NCBI GenBank assembly: GCA_039811765.1
Contig: JBDHZF010000002.1
Location: 1-57,385, forward strand
DNA length: 57,385 bases
Direction: 5' to 3'
Source: Thermoleophilia bacterium
GTDB lineage: Bacteria > Actinomycetota > Thermoleophilia > Gaiellales > SKUG01
The first letter of the stretch is position 1. Every line of letters starts with the position of its first letter. The notes below the pieces were generated by a model. That model made no database searches. It was not told where the DNA came from and was given only the letters and a program-made list of their open reading frames with translations. A program made the position numbers and the translations under genes. Below are positions 43,629 to 52,373 of the stretch, one piece after another.

Positions 43629-43689
43629 AGTCCGCACCGCTGCGCACGCGGGCCGATCCACATCAACGCTCCTCCGCCGCTGACGCGAT

Positions 43690-43810
43690 TTCACTGTGCA
43701 GTGAAAACGACGGCTCACACGACGGATTCGCTGGCCAGTGCGATGCCACGCGCCACTATCGAGCGAGAAAACGTCGGCTTACACGACGGTTTCACTGCAC
43801 AGTGAATCCG
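43690..43810. repeat. family-D repeats: TTCACTG(T/C)(G/A)CAGTGAA palindromes and a 19-nt direct repeat 64 nt apart
   Basis: ACGACGGCTCACACGACGG (43707-43725) versus ACGTCGGCTTACACGACGG (43771-43789) match at 17/19. Palindromes at 43690-43705 and 43791-43806. Confidence 0.7.
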
Positions 43811-43838
43811 CAGTGGGCAAACGGAGGCGCGCGAGCGG

Positions 43839-45311
43839 TCAGGCGCGCGAGCGGTACTCGATCACCAGCGGGCAGCCTTGGAAGCCGAACTTCTCGCGGA
43901 TCTGGTTCTCGATGTAGAAGCCGTAAGAGCGCGTCATCAGCTCTTTCGCGTTCACGTAGATGCGCAGCTTCGGCGGACCGGCCTGCACCTGCGTTCCGTA
44001 GAGCAAGTTCAAGCGGCGGCGCGTTCGCTTGTCGAGCGGCGGCGGCGTGCGCTCCTTGATCTCTTTGAGGAAGCGGTTCAGTTCGCCCGTGCCGATCTTC
44101 TTGGCAGCGCGGTCGTGCAGCTCGATCGCCTTGCGCAGCAGCTTGTGCACGTTGCGATTCTCGGTGCCGGACGTCGTCACCACTTCCGGACGTTGGCGCA
44201 GCTTCTGCGCGATCGTCTCGGTGACGTCTTTGAGGTCGACATCGTTGATGTCCCACTTGCTGAGTGCCACGATCACCGCGCAGTTGCGCTCGCGCATCGC
44301 GTCCGCGACCGACAAGTCGTTCTCGCGCACGCCCGCGCTGGCGTCCACCAACAGGATCGCCACGTCAGCGCGCTCGGCGGCCTGCAGCGCGCGCACCTCG
44401 CTGTAGTAGTCGAGCGGGTCCTGGCCGCTGCGGCGTCGGCGCAGGCCTGCAGTGTCGACGAGCACGATCTCGCGCCCCTCGAACTCGAAGGACGTGTCCA
44501 CGCTGTCACGCGTGGTGCCGGGCATGTCGGCCACGATGTGCCGAGCCGCGCCGCCGAGGATCGCGTTCGCGAGCGTTGACTTGCCCACGTTCGGTCGCCC
44601 CACGAGCGCGATGCGAACCACGTCGTCGTCATCGGTGCGAACGAATGGTGTGCCGTGCTCGCGCAGCTCCTCCACGACCACGTCGAGCAAGTCGCCCGTG
44701 TTGTTGCCGTGGTGCGCGCTCACCGGGATCGGCATGCCGAGCCCGAGCTCGAAGAACACCGTCGCGTCGTTCTCGCTGCGCGCGTTGTCGATCTTGTTCG
44801 CCACCAAGCGCGTGGGCACCTTGCTGCGCCGCAGGATCTCCGCGAGTTCGTGATCGGCCGCGCTCACGCCACGCTGGCCGTCGACCACGAAGAGGACGAG
44901 GTCGCACTCGTCGATCGCGTCTCGAACCTGCGCCACGATCTCGCGCGCCATGTGCGAGCGATCGCCCTCGTCCACGCCGCCCGTGTCGACGAGCAGGAAC
45001 TCCGCGCCGTTCCACTCGCACTCGATTTCCTTGCGATCGCGCGTCACTCCGGGCGTGTCATGCACGATCGCGGTGCGCGTGCCGCTCAGGCGATTCACGA
45101 GCGTGGACTTGCCCACGTTCGGATAGCCCACCACGGCGATGCGACCGATGAACTCGCGCGACTCGTGCGCTTCGAGCTGTTCCTGCTCGGCGAGCTCAGC
45201 GGCGATCCAGTCGGCGTCCTCGTCGTCGAGATCGTCGAGGTCGTCGAACGGCTGCTCGAGCTGGTCGAGCATGGGATCGTCGTCGAGCTGGGTGTCGTCG
45301 TGGTCGAACAT
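43839..45311 (-). CDS. der: ribosome-associated GTPase Der (EngA), two G domains plus KH-like domain
   Basis: 490 aa. GYPNVGKSTLVN and GRPNVGKSTLAN P-loops, DTGG / DTAG, NKID / SKWD. Acidic N-terminal extension. Confidence 0.93.
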   Translation of the reverse strand: MFDHDDTQLDDDPMLDQLEQPFDDLDDLDDEDADWIAAELAEQEQLEAHESREFIGRIAVVGYPNVGKSTLVNRLSGTRTAIVHDTPGVTRDRKEIECEWNGAEFLLVDTGGVDEGDRSHMAREIVAQVRDAIDECDLVLFVVDGQRGVSAADHELAEILRRSKVPTRLVANKIDNARSENDATVFFELGLGMPIPVSAHHGNNTGDLLDVVVEELREHGTPFVRTDDDDVVRIALVGRPNVGKSTLANAILGGAARHIVADMPGTTRDSVDTSFEFEGREIVLVDTAGLRRRRSGQDPLDYYSEVRALQAAERADVAILLVDASAGVRENDLSVADAMRERNCAVIVALSKWDINDVDLKDVTETIAQKLRQRPEVVTTSGTENRNVHKLLRKAIELHDRAAKKIGTGELNRFLKEIKERTPPPLDKRTRRRLNLLYGTQVQAGPPKLRIYVNAKELMTRSYGFYIENQIREKFGFQGCPLVIEYRSRA

Positions 45312-45368
45312 GGCGCGACGGGCATTGTCGCAGGGTTCGCGCGACGGCGCGCCGGGCGCGGCGCCCGA

Positions 45369-46742
45369 TCAGACGATGTCGGCGATATACGTGGGGTGAT
45401 CGGTCGGATCGCCCTTCGCCAGCTCGTTGCGCGCGATTTCGTACTGCGCGATCCACGTGGCGTCGAATCCGTGTGCGTAGATGTGGTCGATGTGCGTCTT
45501 CACCGAATCGTCCTCGTCGAGTTCGTCGGTGTGCGTCAAGTTCGCCGTGCCGAGGATCGCGTCGGCGGCGTCGATCGTGCCGTTGCGACCGTTGCGCGTC
45601 GTGTTCAAGTCGCCGCCGAGCACGATCTTCGACTGGTTGAACCCGGTCGCGGTGGCGGCGTCCGAGGCCCCGGCGGGCGTGTAGGCGAACGAGCCGGTCG
45701 ACTCGATCGACTTCACGATGTTCGCGAGCAGGTCGAGCTGCTTCTTGCGACGCTTGCTCGCCGCGACGCTCGGCCGATGCGACAAGTGCGCGTTCACGAC
45801 GGTGAACGCCTCGCCGCCTGGCGGCCGAATCGCGAGCACGCCCGCGCTGCGCTGCGAGGTGTCGCCTTCGGACGGCAGGTCGACGTTCACGGCCTTGTCG
45901 ATCGTGTACCCGTTGCGCGTGAAGGTGGCGGTTCCGCTGCGCTCGCTCTTCTTCACGTTTCCCTTGGCCGGCGTGAACGCCATGTCGGATGCGCCGATCA
46001 GGTGGGCGAGCACCGAAGGCATCTCCGGGATCGCCTTCTTGTCGCCCTTCAGCTCCTGCACCATCACGACGTCGGGATTGACGGCATTGACGTAGCGAGC
46101 AACGTCGCGCAGCGCGTCGATGTCCTGACCGCTTCCCGTGCTCTTGCCCGCGGGCGCGCCAGCATGGATGTTGATCGTCATCACGCGGGTGCCGTCGGCT
46201 CGGGTCTTCACCTCGACGCCCTTCGGCACCTTGCCTCCTGTGGGCGGATCGAGCTTGCCCTTGAGCTTCGGGTTCTTCTCGAGTTCTTCCTTGGTGAGGA
46301 TCTCGCGGAACACGCCGGGACCATCCTGCGCGCCGCGACCAGATTGCGCGGGCGTCTGCGAGACGCCCGCGGTCGCAGCGCCTCCAGCGGTCGTGGACGC
46401 GGCCGAGGCCGTGGCTGCCGCTTGCTGGGCGAAGAGCTCGGGGTGCGCGGACTGCAGCGCGGTGAGCGCCTGAACAGCCTGATTGGCTGCTTGCAGCACT
46501 GCGGCGACTTTCGCCTGATCGACGCCTGCAGGAACTTGCGCGGCGCCGCCGGCGGTGACCGTCGACGCGCCCTGCGCGGCTTGGTACCCAGCCGGCGGAG
46601 CACTTGCAACCGCATAGTCCTTCACCGGGGACGGCGTGTCCGGCGTGGTTCCGCCGACGATCGATCCCACATAGCCGCTGCTCAGCGAGCTAGTCGCGTC
46701 GGCTGGCATGCCCAGCGACGGTCCTCCCCCTATCAGCGTCAT
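45369..46742 (-). CDS. endonuclease/exonuclease/phosphatase (EEP) family protein with a long Ala/Gln/Thr/Gly-rich N-terminal region
   Basis: ATG 46742 preceded by AAGGGGA. EEP motifs MTINIHAG, VVMVQEL, LGGDLN, DHIYA and DPTDHP. Confidence 0.75.
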   Translation of the reverse strand: MTLIGGGPSLGMPADATSSLSSGYVGSIVGGTTPDTPSPVKDYAVASAPPAGYQAAQGASTVTAGGAAQVPAGVDQAKVAAVLQAANQAVQALTALQSAHPELFAQQAAATASAASTTAGGAATAGVSQTPAQSGRGAQDGPGVFREILTKEELEKNPKLKGKLDPPTGGKVPKGVEVKTRADGTRVMTINIHAGAPAGKSTGSGQDIDALRDVARYVNAVNPDVVMVQELKGDKKAIPEMPSVLAHLIGASDMAFTPAKGNVKKSERSGTATFTRNGYTIDKAVNVDLPSEGDTSQRSAGVLAIRPPGGEAFTVVNAHLSHRPSVAASKRRKKQLDLLANIVKSIESTGSFAYTPAGASDAATATGFNQSKIVLGGDLNTTRNGRNGTIDAADAILGTANLTHTDELDEDDSVKTHIDHIYAHGFDATWIAQYEIARNELAKGDPTDHPTYIADIV

Positions 46743-46870
46743 GTTCGGCGATCCCCTTGCGGCCTTTCGGATCACGCTGGCGAAGCGCGGTCCCCTGCTC
46801 GTTCACCATCGCACCGTGGCGTGTCGAGCGAATGGGAGCAATTACCTAGGTTGCGCGACCCACGGCTGGA

Positions 46871-48292
46871 TCAGTAGGGGCGATCCGCGCGCAGCGCGTC
46901 CCACAACTCCTGAACGTCCGACCAGACCTCGGTGGTGGCGCGTCGAACGTTGTCGGGCGTGGCGAGTTGCCCGCGGAAGTCGTGCGGTCGGCCGAACGCC
47001 ACCGTGACCTTGAACAGGCTCTCGCTCCAACGGTTGCCGTAAATCGCCACAGGCACGACCGGAACACCTGTGACGAGCGCGAGACGCGCAGCGCCCTGGC
47101 GTGGACGCGCCAATCGCCCCTCGTACACGCGCGTGCCCTCGGGGAACACGCCGAGCGAATCGCCGCGGCGCAGCACTTCCTCGCCGATGTGCATCGCCAC
47201 GCGATCTCCCGCGCCGCGGCGAACGGGGAAGAACCCGATCGAGTCGGCCATGTTCTTCACCACGCGCGTGTGCGCGAGCTCGGCCTTGCCCATGTAGCGG
47301 ATCACGCGGTTGAGCGGCGTGATAAGGAATGCCGGATCCCACATCGACGCGTGGTTGGCGATGAACAGGCACGGCCCCGCCGGCACGCGCTCGGTGCCGA
47401 TCGCGCTCAGCCGGAAGCCGCGCTTCCAGATCGGGCGCGTGCGACGCAGGGTCTTCTCGAAGTTCGCGAGTCCCGCCTCGTTGTCGATCCACTCGCGCGC
47501 GGTTCGACCTTGCGTGACCTCTCCGTCGAGCAGTTCGCGGCGCCGCTCGATCCATCGCCCCACCACGAGATCCACGGCCTGCTGGATGCCCATGTTCGTG
47601 GTGTCGACGACGAGCGCGTCCTCGGCGGCGCCGCTCTGCTTGGCGTCGCGCTGATCGCGCTCGACGAGGTCGCGCGCGACGTCGTCGCGCTGCTCGGTGC
47701 CGAGATCGGCTTGCTGCCCGCCGCGTCGGCGCGCGCGCTCTTCCAGATCGGCCGTCACGAAGATCTTCAGATCGGCGTCGGGCCGCACGTTCGTACCGCA
47801 GTCGCGCCCGTCCAGCACGCTGTCGCGATCGAGCGACAGCTGCCGCTGCCGCGCCACCAGCACGTCGCGCACCGCGTCGTGCGACGCGACCTTCGACGCG
47901 GCGTCGTCGATGCGCGGCTCGCGAATCGCGTCGGTCACGTCGACGCCTGCGATCCGCACCCGCCAGGAATCGTCCTCATAGCCGAGCTGCGTGGGTTGGG
48001 CGATCGCGAGGCCGCGAAGCCGCTGCGCGTCGTCGAGTGGAATGCCGCGTTCCAGCGCGAGCCAGCCAAGCGCGCGATACGTCGCGCCGGTTTCCACGTA
48101 GTTGAAGCCGATCGTCTCCGCCGCGAGCCGAGCGACGGTGCTCTTGCCGCTGCCGGCCGGACCGTCCACGGTGATCGTCAGCGCGCGCGTCCAACGCTCG
48201 CCCGCTCCGAGCTCGTCGCGCGGAACGGGTCGGGGCACGTCGAGCTTCGTGGACGCCGTGGTCGGTGCGGAGGTCGAACCCATCCAGCGCAT
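46871..48292 (-). CDS. cmk: fusion of cytidylate kinase (N-terminal) and 1-acyl-sn-glycerol-3-phosphate acyltransferase (C-terminal)
   Basis: 473 aa. ITVDGPAGSGKSTVARL (Cmk P-loop), then ANHASMWDP (HX4D) and VFPEGTR (PlsC motifs). Confidence 0.85.
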   Translation of the reverse strand: MRWMGSTSAPTTASTKLDVPRPVPRDELGAGERWTRALTITVDGPAGSGKSTVARLAAETIGFNYVETGATYRALGWLALERGIPLDDAQRLRGLAIAQPTQLGYEDDSWRVRIAGVDVTDAIREPRIDDAASKVASHDAVRDVLVARQRQLSLDRDSVLDGRDCGTNVRPDADLKIFVTADLEERARRRGGQQADLGTEQRDDVARDLVERDQRDAKQSGAAEDALVVDTTNMGIQQAVDLVVGRWIERRRELLDGEVTQGRTAREWIDNEAGLANFEKTLRRTRPIWKRGFRLSAIGTERVPAGPCLFIANHASMWDPAFLITPLNRVIRYMGKAELAHTRVVKNMADSIGFFPVRRGAGDRVAMHIGEEVLRRGDSLGVFPEGTRVYEGRLARPRQGAARLALVTGVPVVPVAIYGNRWSESLFKVTVAFGRPHDFRGQLATPDNVRRATTEVWSDVQELWDALRADRPY

Positions 48293-48325
48293 GCTACCCG
48301 TCCCGCGAACCGCGAGGCGAGACGA

Positions 48326-49639
48326 TCAGCGAACCGCGATGGCTTCGAGCAGGTCGAAGAAGCCGGGGAACGACACGTCCACGCACTCCGCGCCCTTGAT
48401 CGTGACGCCGTGGCGCGACACGAGCCCCGCGATGCCGCCGAGCATCGCGAGCCGGTGATCGCCCGCCGCGTCCATCGTGCCGCCGTCGGGACGCACGCTC
48501 GATCCACGCACGATGAAACCGTCCTTGAGCGGCTGCACGCTGATTCCGATCCGCTTCATCGCTTGGTGCAGCGCCTCGATGCGATCGCTCTCCTTCGTGC
48601 GCAGCTCGGCCGCGCCGCGCACCACGAACTCGCCGCGCCGGAAGTGGGCGACGAGCGCCAGCATCGGCAGCTCGTCGATCATCCGCACCACGTCCTCGAT
48701 CTCGAGGAAGATGCGGCCCACGGTGGCGTGCTGCACTTCGTAGTCGGCAACCGGCTCGCCGTCTTGGTCGCGGCGGCCAGACACGCCGATGCGCGCGCCC
48801 ATCTGGTCGAGCACGTCCACGAAGCCGCGACGACCGGGACTGTCGATCACGCCGGGCAGGCGCAGCAGGCTCCCGCGAAGCAATGTGGCGGCGGCGATGA
48901 GCGGCGCGGCCGCGGACGGATCGGCGGCGATCTCGGTGTCAGGCAGTTCGATCGAGTCGATCGGATCGACGCTCACCTCGCCGTCGCGGCGTCGAATCGT
49001 CGCGCCGGCGCGACGCAGCATGCGCTCGGTGTGGTCGCGCAGGACGCCCGGCTCCACTACGGTGGTTGGCGCTTCGCCGCCGAGTCCGGCGAGCAACAGC
49101 GCCGACTGAACTTGCGCGCTCGCGACCGCCAGCTCGTAGCGACCGCCGTGCAGCGGTCCGCCGCTCGAAATGCGCATCGGCAGCGTGCCGTCGCCAGTGG
49201 TTTCGACGATCGCGCCCTGTTCGACGAGCGGGTCGGCGACTCGACGCATCGGACGCGCGCTGAGCGATTCGTCCCCGATCAATTCGAACACGCGGCCGCT
49301 CGGCTGGCCAGCGAGCAGCCCCGCGAGCAGTCGCGCGAGCGTGCCGGAATTGCCGCAATCGATCGCCGCGCCGTTGGCAGGCGGCTCGATTGCGCGCAGG
49401 CCCACGCCACGCACGGCAAGCGTCGTTGGATCGTCGGCGTCACGTTCGATGCGCGCGCCGAGCTGTTCGATCGCCGCGATGGTGGACTGCACGTCAGCGC
49501 CCGTGGCGAGATTTTGGATGCGCACGCGACGGGTGGACGCGAGCGCGAGCAAGAGCGCGCGGTGCGACATGCTCTTGTCGCCAGGCAGGTGCACCTCGCC
49601 GCGAACGGACGTGGCCGGAGCAACATGGACATCGGTCAT
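48326..49639 (-). CDS. aroA: 3-phosphoshikimate 1-carboxyvinyltransferase (EPSP synthase)
   Basis: ATG 49639 (MTDVHVAP...). LPGDKSMSHRALLLA, GNSGTLARLL and ELRTKESDR. The track ORF extension to 50182 overlaps aroF. Confidence 0.92.
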   Translation of the reverse strand: MTDVHVAPATSVRGEVHLPGDKSMSHRALLLALASTRRVRIQNLATGADVQSTIAAIEQLGARIERDADDPTTLAVRGVGLRAIEPPANGAAIDCGNSGTLARLLAGLLAGQPSGRVFELIGDESLSARPMRRVADPLVEQGAIVETTGDGTLPMRISSGGPLHGGRYELAVASAQVQSALLLAGLGGEAPTTVVEPGVLRDHTERMLRRAGATIRRRDGEVSVDPIDSIELPDTEIAADPSAAAPLIAAATLLRGSLLRLPGVIDSPGRRGFVDVLDQMGARIGVSGRRDQDGEPVADYEVQHATVGRIFLEIEDVVRMIDELPMLALVAHFRRGEFVVRGAAELRTKESDRIEALHQAMKRIGISVQPLKDGFIVRGSSVRPDGGTMDAAGDHRLAMLGGIAGLVSRHGVTIKGAECVDVSFPGFFDLLEAIAVR

Positions 49640-49652
49640 CTCAGTCGCACCC

Positions 49653-50495
49653 CTACTCCGCGGCCGCCACGACGGTCGGACTCGCACGACGCGCGCCGAC
49701 GGCTTCGAGCACACGATCGAGCGATTCCACCAATTGCGCGAACTGCGAGACGTCGAGCGCCTGCTCGGCATCGGAGATCGCCGCGGTGGGATCGTCGTGG
49801 ACCTCGACCATGATGCCGTCCGCGCCCGCGGCGGCTGCCGCCAGCGCGAGCTGCGGCACCCATCGTGCCACGCCGGCCGCATGCGACGGGTCGACGAGGA
49901 TCGGCAGGTGCGTTCGCTCGCGCAGCACGGGAATCGCGGTGATGTCAAGCGTGAAGCGCGAGGACGGCTCGAACGTACGAATGCCGCGCTCGACGAGCAG
50001 AATTCGTTCGTTGCCTTCGGCGAGCACGTAGTCGGCGGCGTCCAGCAGTTCGTCCACGGTGGCGCCGAAACCGCGCTTGAGCAGGATCGGTCGGCCGGTG
50101 CGCGCCAGCTCGCGCAGCAGCACGGCGTTCGACATGTTGCGCGCGCCGACCTGCAGCACGTCGGCGACATCGGCGGCAACATGCGCGTCGCGTGGATCGA
50201 GCACCTCGGTCACGATCGGCAGTCCGGTCGCCTCGCGCGCGGCGGCGAGCATGCCGAGACCTTCCTGCCCGAGCCCTTGGAACGACTTGGGGGACGTGCG
50301 CGGCTTCCACGCGCCCCCGCGAAGCATCCCGGCACCGGCGCCGGCGACCGCGCCCGCGATGCGAACGATCCCGTCTCGCGACTCCACCGAACACGGACCG
50401 GCGACGACGAGGAAGTCGCCGTTGCCCACACGCAGATCCGCACCGTCGAATTCGACGGTCGCGCGCGTTCCGGGGCGATGCTCGAGGCGACTCAC
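49653..50495 (-). CDS. aroF: 3-deoxy-7-phosphoheptulonate (DAHP) synthase, type I-beta (AroF/KDO8PS-like)
   Basis: VVAGPCSVES, GGAWKPRTSPKSFQG, LQVGARNM and DPSHAAG. GTG 50495 gives a length like unadorned I-beta enzymes. ATG 50567 is an alternative start. Confidence 0.85.
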   Translation of the reverse strand: MSRLEHRPGTRATVEFDGADLRVGNGDFLVVAGPCSVESRDGIVRIAGAVAGAGAGMLRGGAWKPRTSPKSFQGLGQEGLGMLAAAREATGLPIVTEVLDPRDAHVAADVADVLQVGARNMSNAVLLRELARTGRPILLKRGFGATVDELLDAADYVLAEGNERILLVERGIRTFEPSSRFTLDITAIPVLRERTHLPILVDPSHAAGVARWVPQLALAAAAAGADGIMVEVHDDPTAAISDAEQALDVSQFAQLVESLDRVLEAVGARRASPTVVAAAE

Positions 50496-50603
50496 ACCGT
50501 GGAGCCTAGCGGAGCGACGCGAGCACGAGGGGTTTACAAGAACGCAGTTGCGTTGCACGTTGGACATAGTGCAAACGCCGATGGCGCACGACAGGCGACC
50601 CCC

Positions 50604-51413
50604 ATGCAGCCGAATCACCATACCTCCACCATGCTTCTCGACCCCGAAGACGCCAGCGCGCGACCGCCTGCGATCGCGCTGCCGCCGAATCCATTCGGCA
50701 TGGCTCGAGCCAGCGCCGCGCCGATTGCACCGCCTGCGCCGACGCCCGAGCCCGTCGTCGAATTGGCGGTCGCACCCGAAGTCGCGCCCGCGATCGAGCC
50801 CGCGATCGAGCCCGAAAACGAGCCAACCCTCGAGCCGGCGCGCCATTACGAGCTGCCGAGCCGGGGCATCGCCGGCTCGACCCGTCGCACGCTGCGTCCC
50901 GACTTGATGATCGCCGCGATGCCGTTTCCCGATCGCGCAATCGAGCACCCGCCCGCGCCAGCGCACGCGCCGGAGCCGCCAACCGCGCACGCCGCGGAAA
51001 TCGCTTCCGTGTTCGCTCCGACCAGTGCCCAGGCTCCGGTCACAATTGGCCACCTTGCCACCGCACAGCCGACGACCCCGGTCGCCGGCCCAGCGGGTCC
51101 GGCGCTCGCTCCTGGCGCGAACCTCCATCCAGTCGCGGCCGCAGCCGCAGCGTCCCCAGCGGCATGGTTCGGCACCGGCGCCGTGCACGTCGACGACGAG
51201 CTGATGATCTGGAACTCGTCCGCGAGCGCGTCGTCAGCCGCCGCCGTCGTCGGCGCCTTTGCGCCCTCGCCCACGATGATCGCCGCCGCGCCCGCGACCA
51301 CGGCTACCGGCACGACCGCCAGCACGTCGCGCCTGCGAGTCGCGCTGCTGATCAGCGTTCCCGCCGCGCTTGGCATCGGGATCGCGGTCGCCATCAACCA
51401 GTTCCTGCTCTGA
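50604..51413 (+). CDS. Pro/Ala-rich hypothetical protein with C-terminal TM anchor
   Basis: ATG 50604. Low-complexity PA-rich sequence ending LRVALLISVPAALGIGIAVAINQFLL. GC3 of the last 22 codons is 20/22 (hand count). Overlaps the rluB 3-prime end by 180 nt. Confidence 0.5.
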   Translation: MQPNHHTSTMLLDPEDASARPPAIALPPNPFGMARASAAPIAPPAPTPEPVVELAVAPEVAPAIEPAIEPENEPTLEPARHYELPSRGIAGSTRRTLRPDLMIAAMPFPDRAIEHPPAPAHAPEPPTAHAAEIASVFAPTSAQAPVTIGHLATAQPTTPVAGPAGPALAPGANLHPVAAAAAASPAAWFGTGAVHVDDELMIWNSSASASSAAAVVGAFAPSPTMIAAAPATTATGTTASTSRLRVALLISVPAALGIGIAVAINQFLL

Positions 51414-52253
51414 ACCCGCAACCTGCGCCGCACGCGCCGCGGCACGGCGCTCTGCCCGCGAGACACGCTCGCCGTCACCTTCGCGTCGTGCCGGCGCAAG
51501 CCCCGCCACCTTCTGTAGCCGCCGGATCTCCTGCGCCGCGAGCTCGCGCCACGCACCCGGGGCAATGCCCGACAATCGCAGTGGCCCGTACTGCGTGCGC
51601 GCCAGCTCCACCACCGGGTGCCCCACGGCCGCGCACATGCGCCTGACCTGCCGATTGCGCCCTTCGTGAATCGTCAATTCGAGCACGCTGCGCTTCGCGC
51701 CCGAGTCGACGACTGTGGCCGTCGCAGGCGCGGTCATGCCATCTTCGAGCTCGATGCCCTCCGCAAGCGAGCGCGCCGTCGCGCCGCTCACGCCGCCCTC
51801 GACGAGCACTCGATACGTCTTCTCCACCCCGAACGACGGATGCATGAGCCGATGCGCGAGCTCGCCGTCGTTGGTCAACAACAGCAAGCCGCTGGTGTCC
51901 GCGTCCAGACGACCAACTGGATACACGCGCACGTCGTCCGGCACGAGCTGCGCCACCGTGGGCCGACCCTGCGGATCGTCGAGCGTCGTCACCACCCCGG
52001 TCGGTTTGTTGAGCAGGAAGTAGCGCGGCGCTTGCGGCCCCACGGGCACGCCCCCGACGCGCACGTCGTCCCCCTCCACGACACGCATGCCGAGCGTAGC
52101 GACCGCGCCATTCACAGTGACGCGACCCTGCCGAATCATCACCTCAGCATGGCGACGGGACGCGACGCCCGCCGCGGACAAGAACTTTTGCAGCTTCTCG
52201 CCACTCGGTGGCTCGTCGCCGGGAAGCAGGAATGGATCGCGGGGTTCGGACAT
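51234..52253 (-). CDS. rluB: 23S rRNA pseudouridine synthase, RluB/RsuA family, with an Arg/Gly-rich tail
   Basis: ATG 52253. S4 domain KLQKFLSAAGVASRRHAEVMIRQGRVTVNG. Catalytic VYPVGRLDADTSGLLLLTNDGEL. Confidence 0.88.
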   Translation of the reverse strand: MSEPRDPFLLPGDEPPSGEKLQKFLSAAGVASRRHAEVMIRQGRVTVNGAVATLGMRVVEGDDVRVGGVPVGPQAPRYFLLNKPTGVVTTLDDPQGRPTVAQLVPDDVRVYPVGRLDADTSGLLLLTNDGELAHRLMHPSFGVEKTYRVLVEGGVSGATARSLAEGIELEDGMTAPATATVVDSGAKRSVLELTIHEGRNRQVRRMCAAVGHPVVELARTQYGPLRLSGIAPGAWRELAAQEIRRLQKVAGLAPARREGDGERVSRAERRAAARAAQVAGSEQELVDGDRDPDAKRGGNADQQRDSQARRAGGRAGSRGRGRGGDHRGRGRKGADDGGG

Positions 52254-52312
52254 GCGCGAAGCGTACGCGACCACGAATTGCAGCGACGAGTTGCACACCA
52301 CGACGACTCGAA

Positions 52313-52351
52313 GTAAGGTCCGCCTTACAGATTGGAATAAGGCCAGCCTTA
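52313..52351 (+). promoter_or_regulatory. twin hairpins in the rpsD leader (possible S4 autoregulatory structure)
   Basis: GTAAGG-tccg-CCTTAC (52313-52328) and TAAGG-ccag-CCTTA (52338-52351), 23-60 nt upstream of the rpsD ATG. Confidence 0.35.
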
Positions 52352-52373
52352 CACAGCAACGATGGGATGCAAC

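Larger units (their letters stand above)
42939..43810 (-). mobile_element. second DUF559-type cassette (3-prime truncated gene plus conserved leader), bracketed by 20-nt direct repeats
   Basis: TTCATTGCACAGTGAATCCG (42939-42958) versus TTCACTGCACAGTGAATCCG (43791-43810) match at 19/20. The reverse-complement form of the same palindrome lies at 43690-43705. Inserted between der and gpsA. Confidence 0.35.

Noticed and set aside
50496-51188. Long N-terminal extension of the DAHP synthase ORF
   Set aside because: The extension is Arg/Gly/Trp-rich and antisense to the Pro/Ala-rich ORF. Unadorned type I-beta enzymes start about 25-30 residues before the AGPCSVES motif, which fits GTG 50495.
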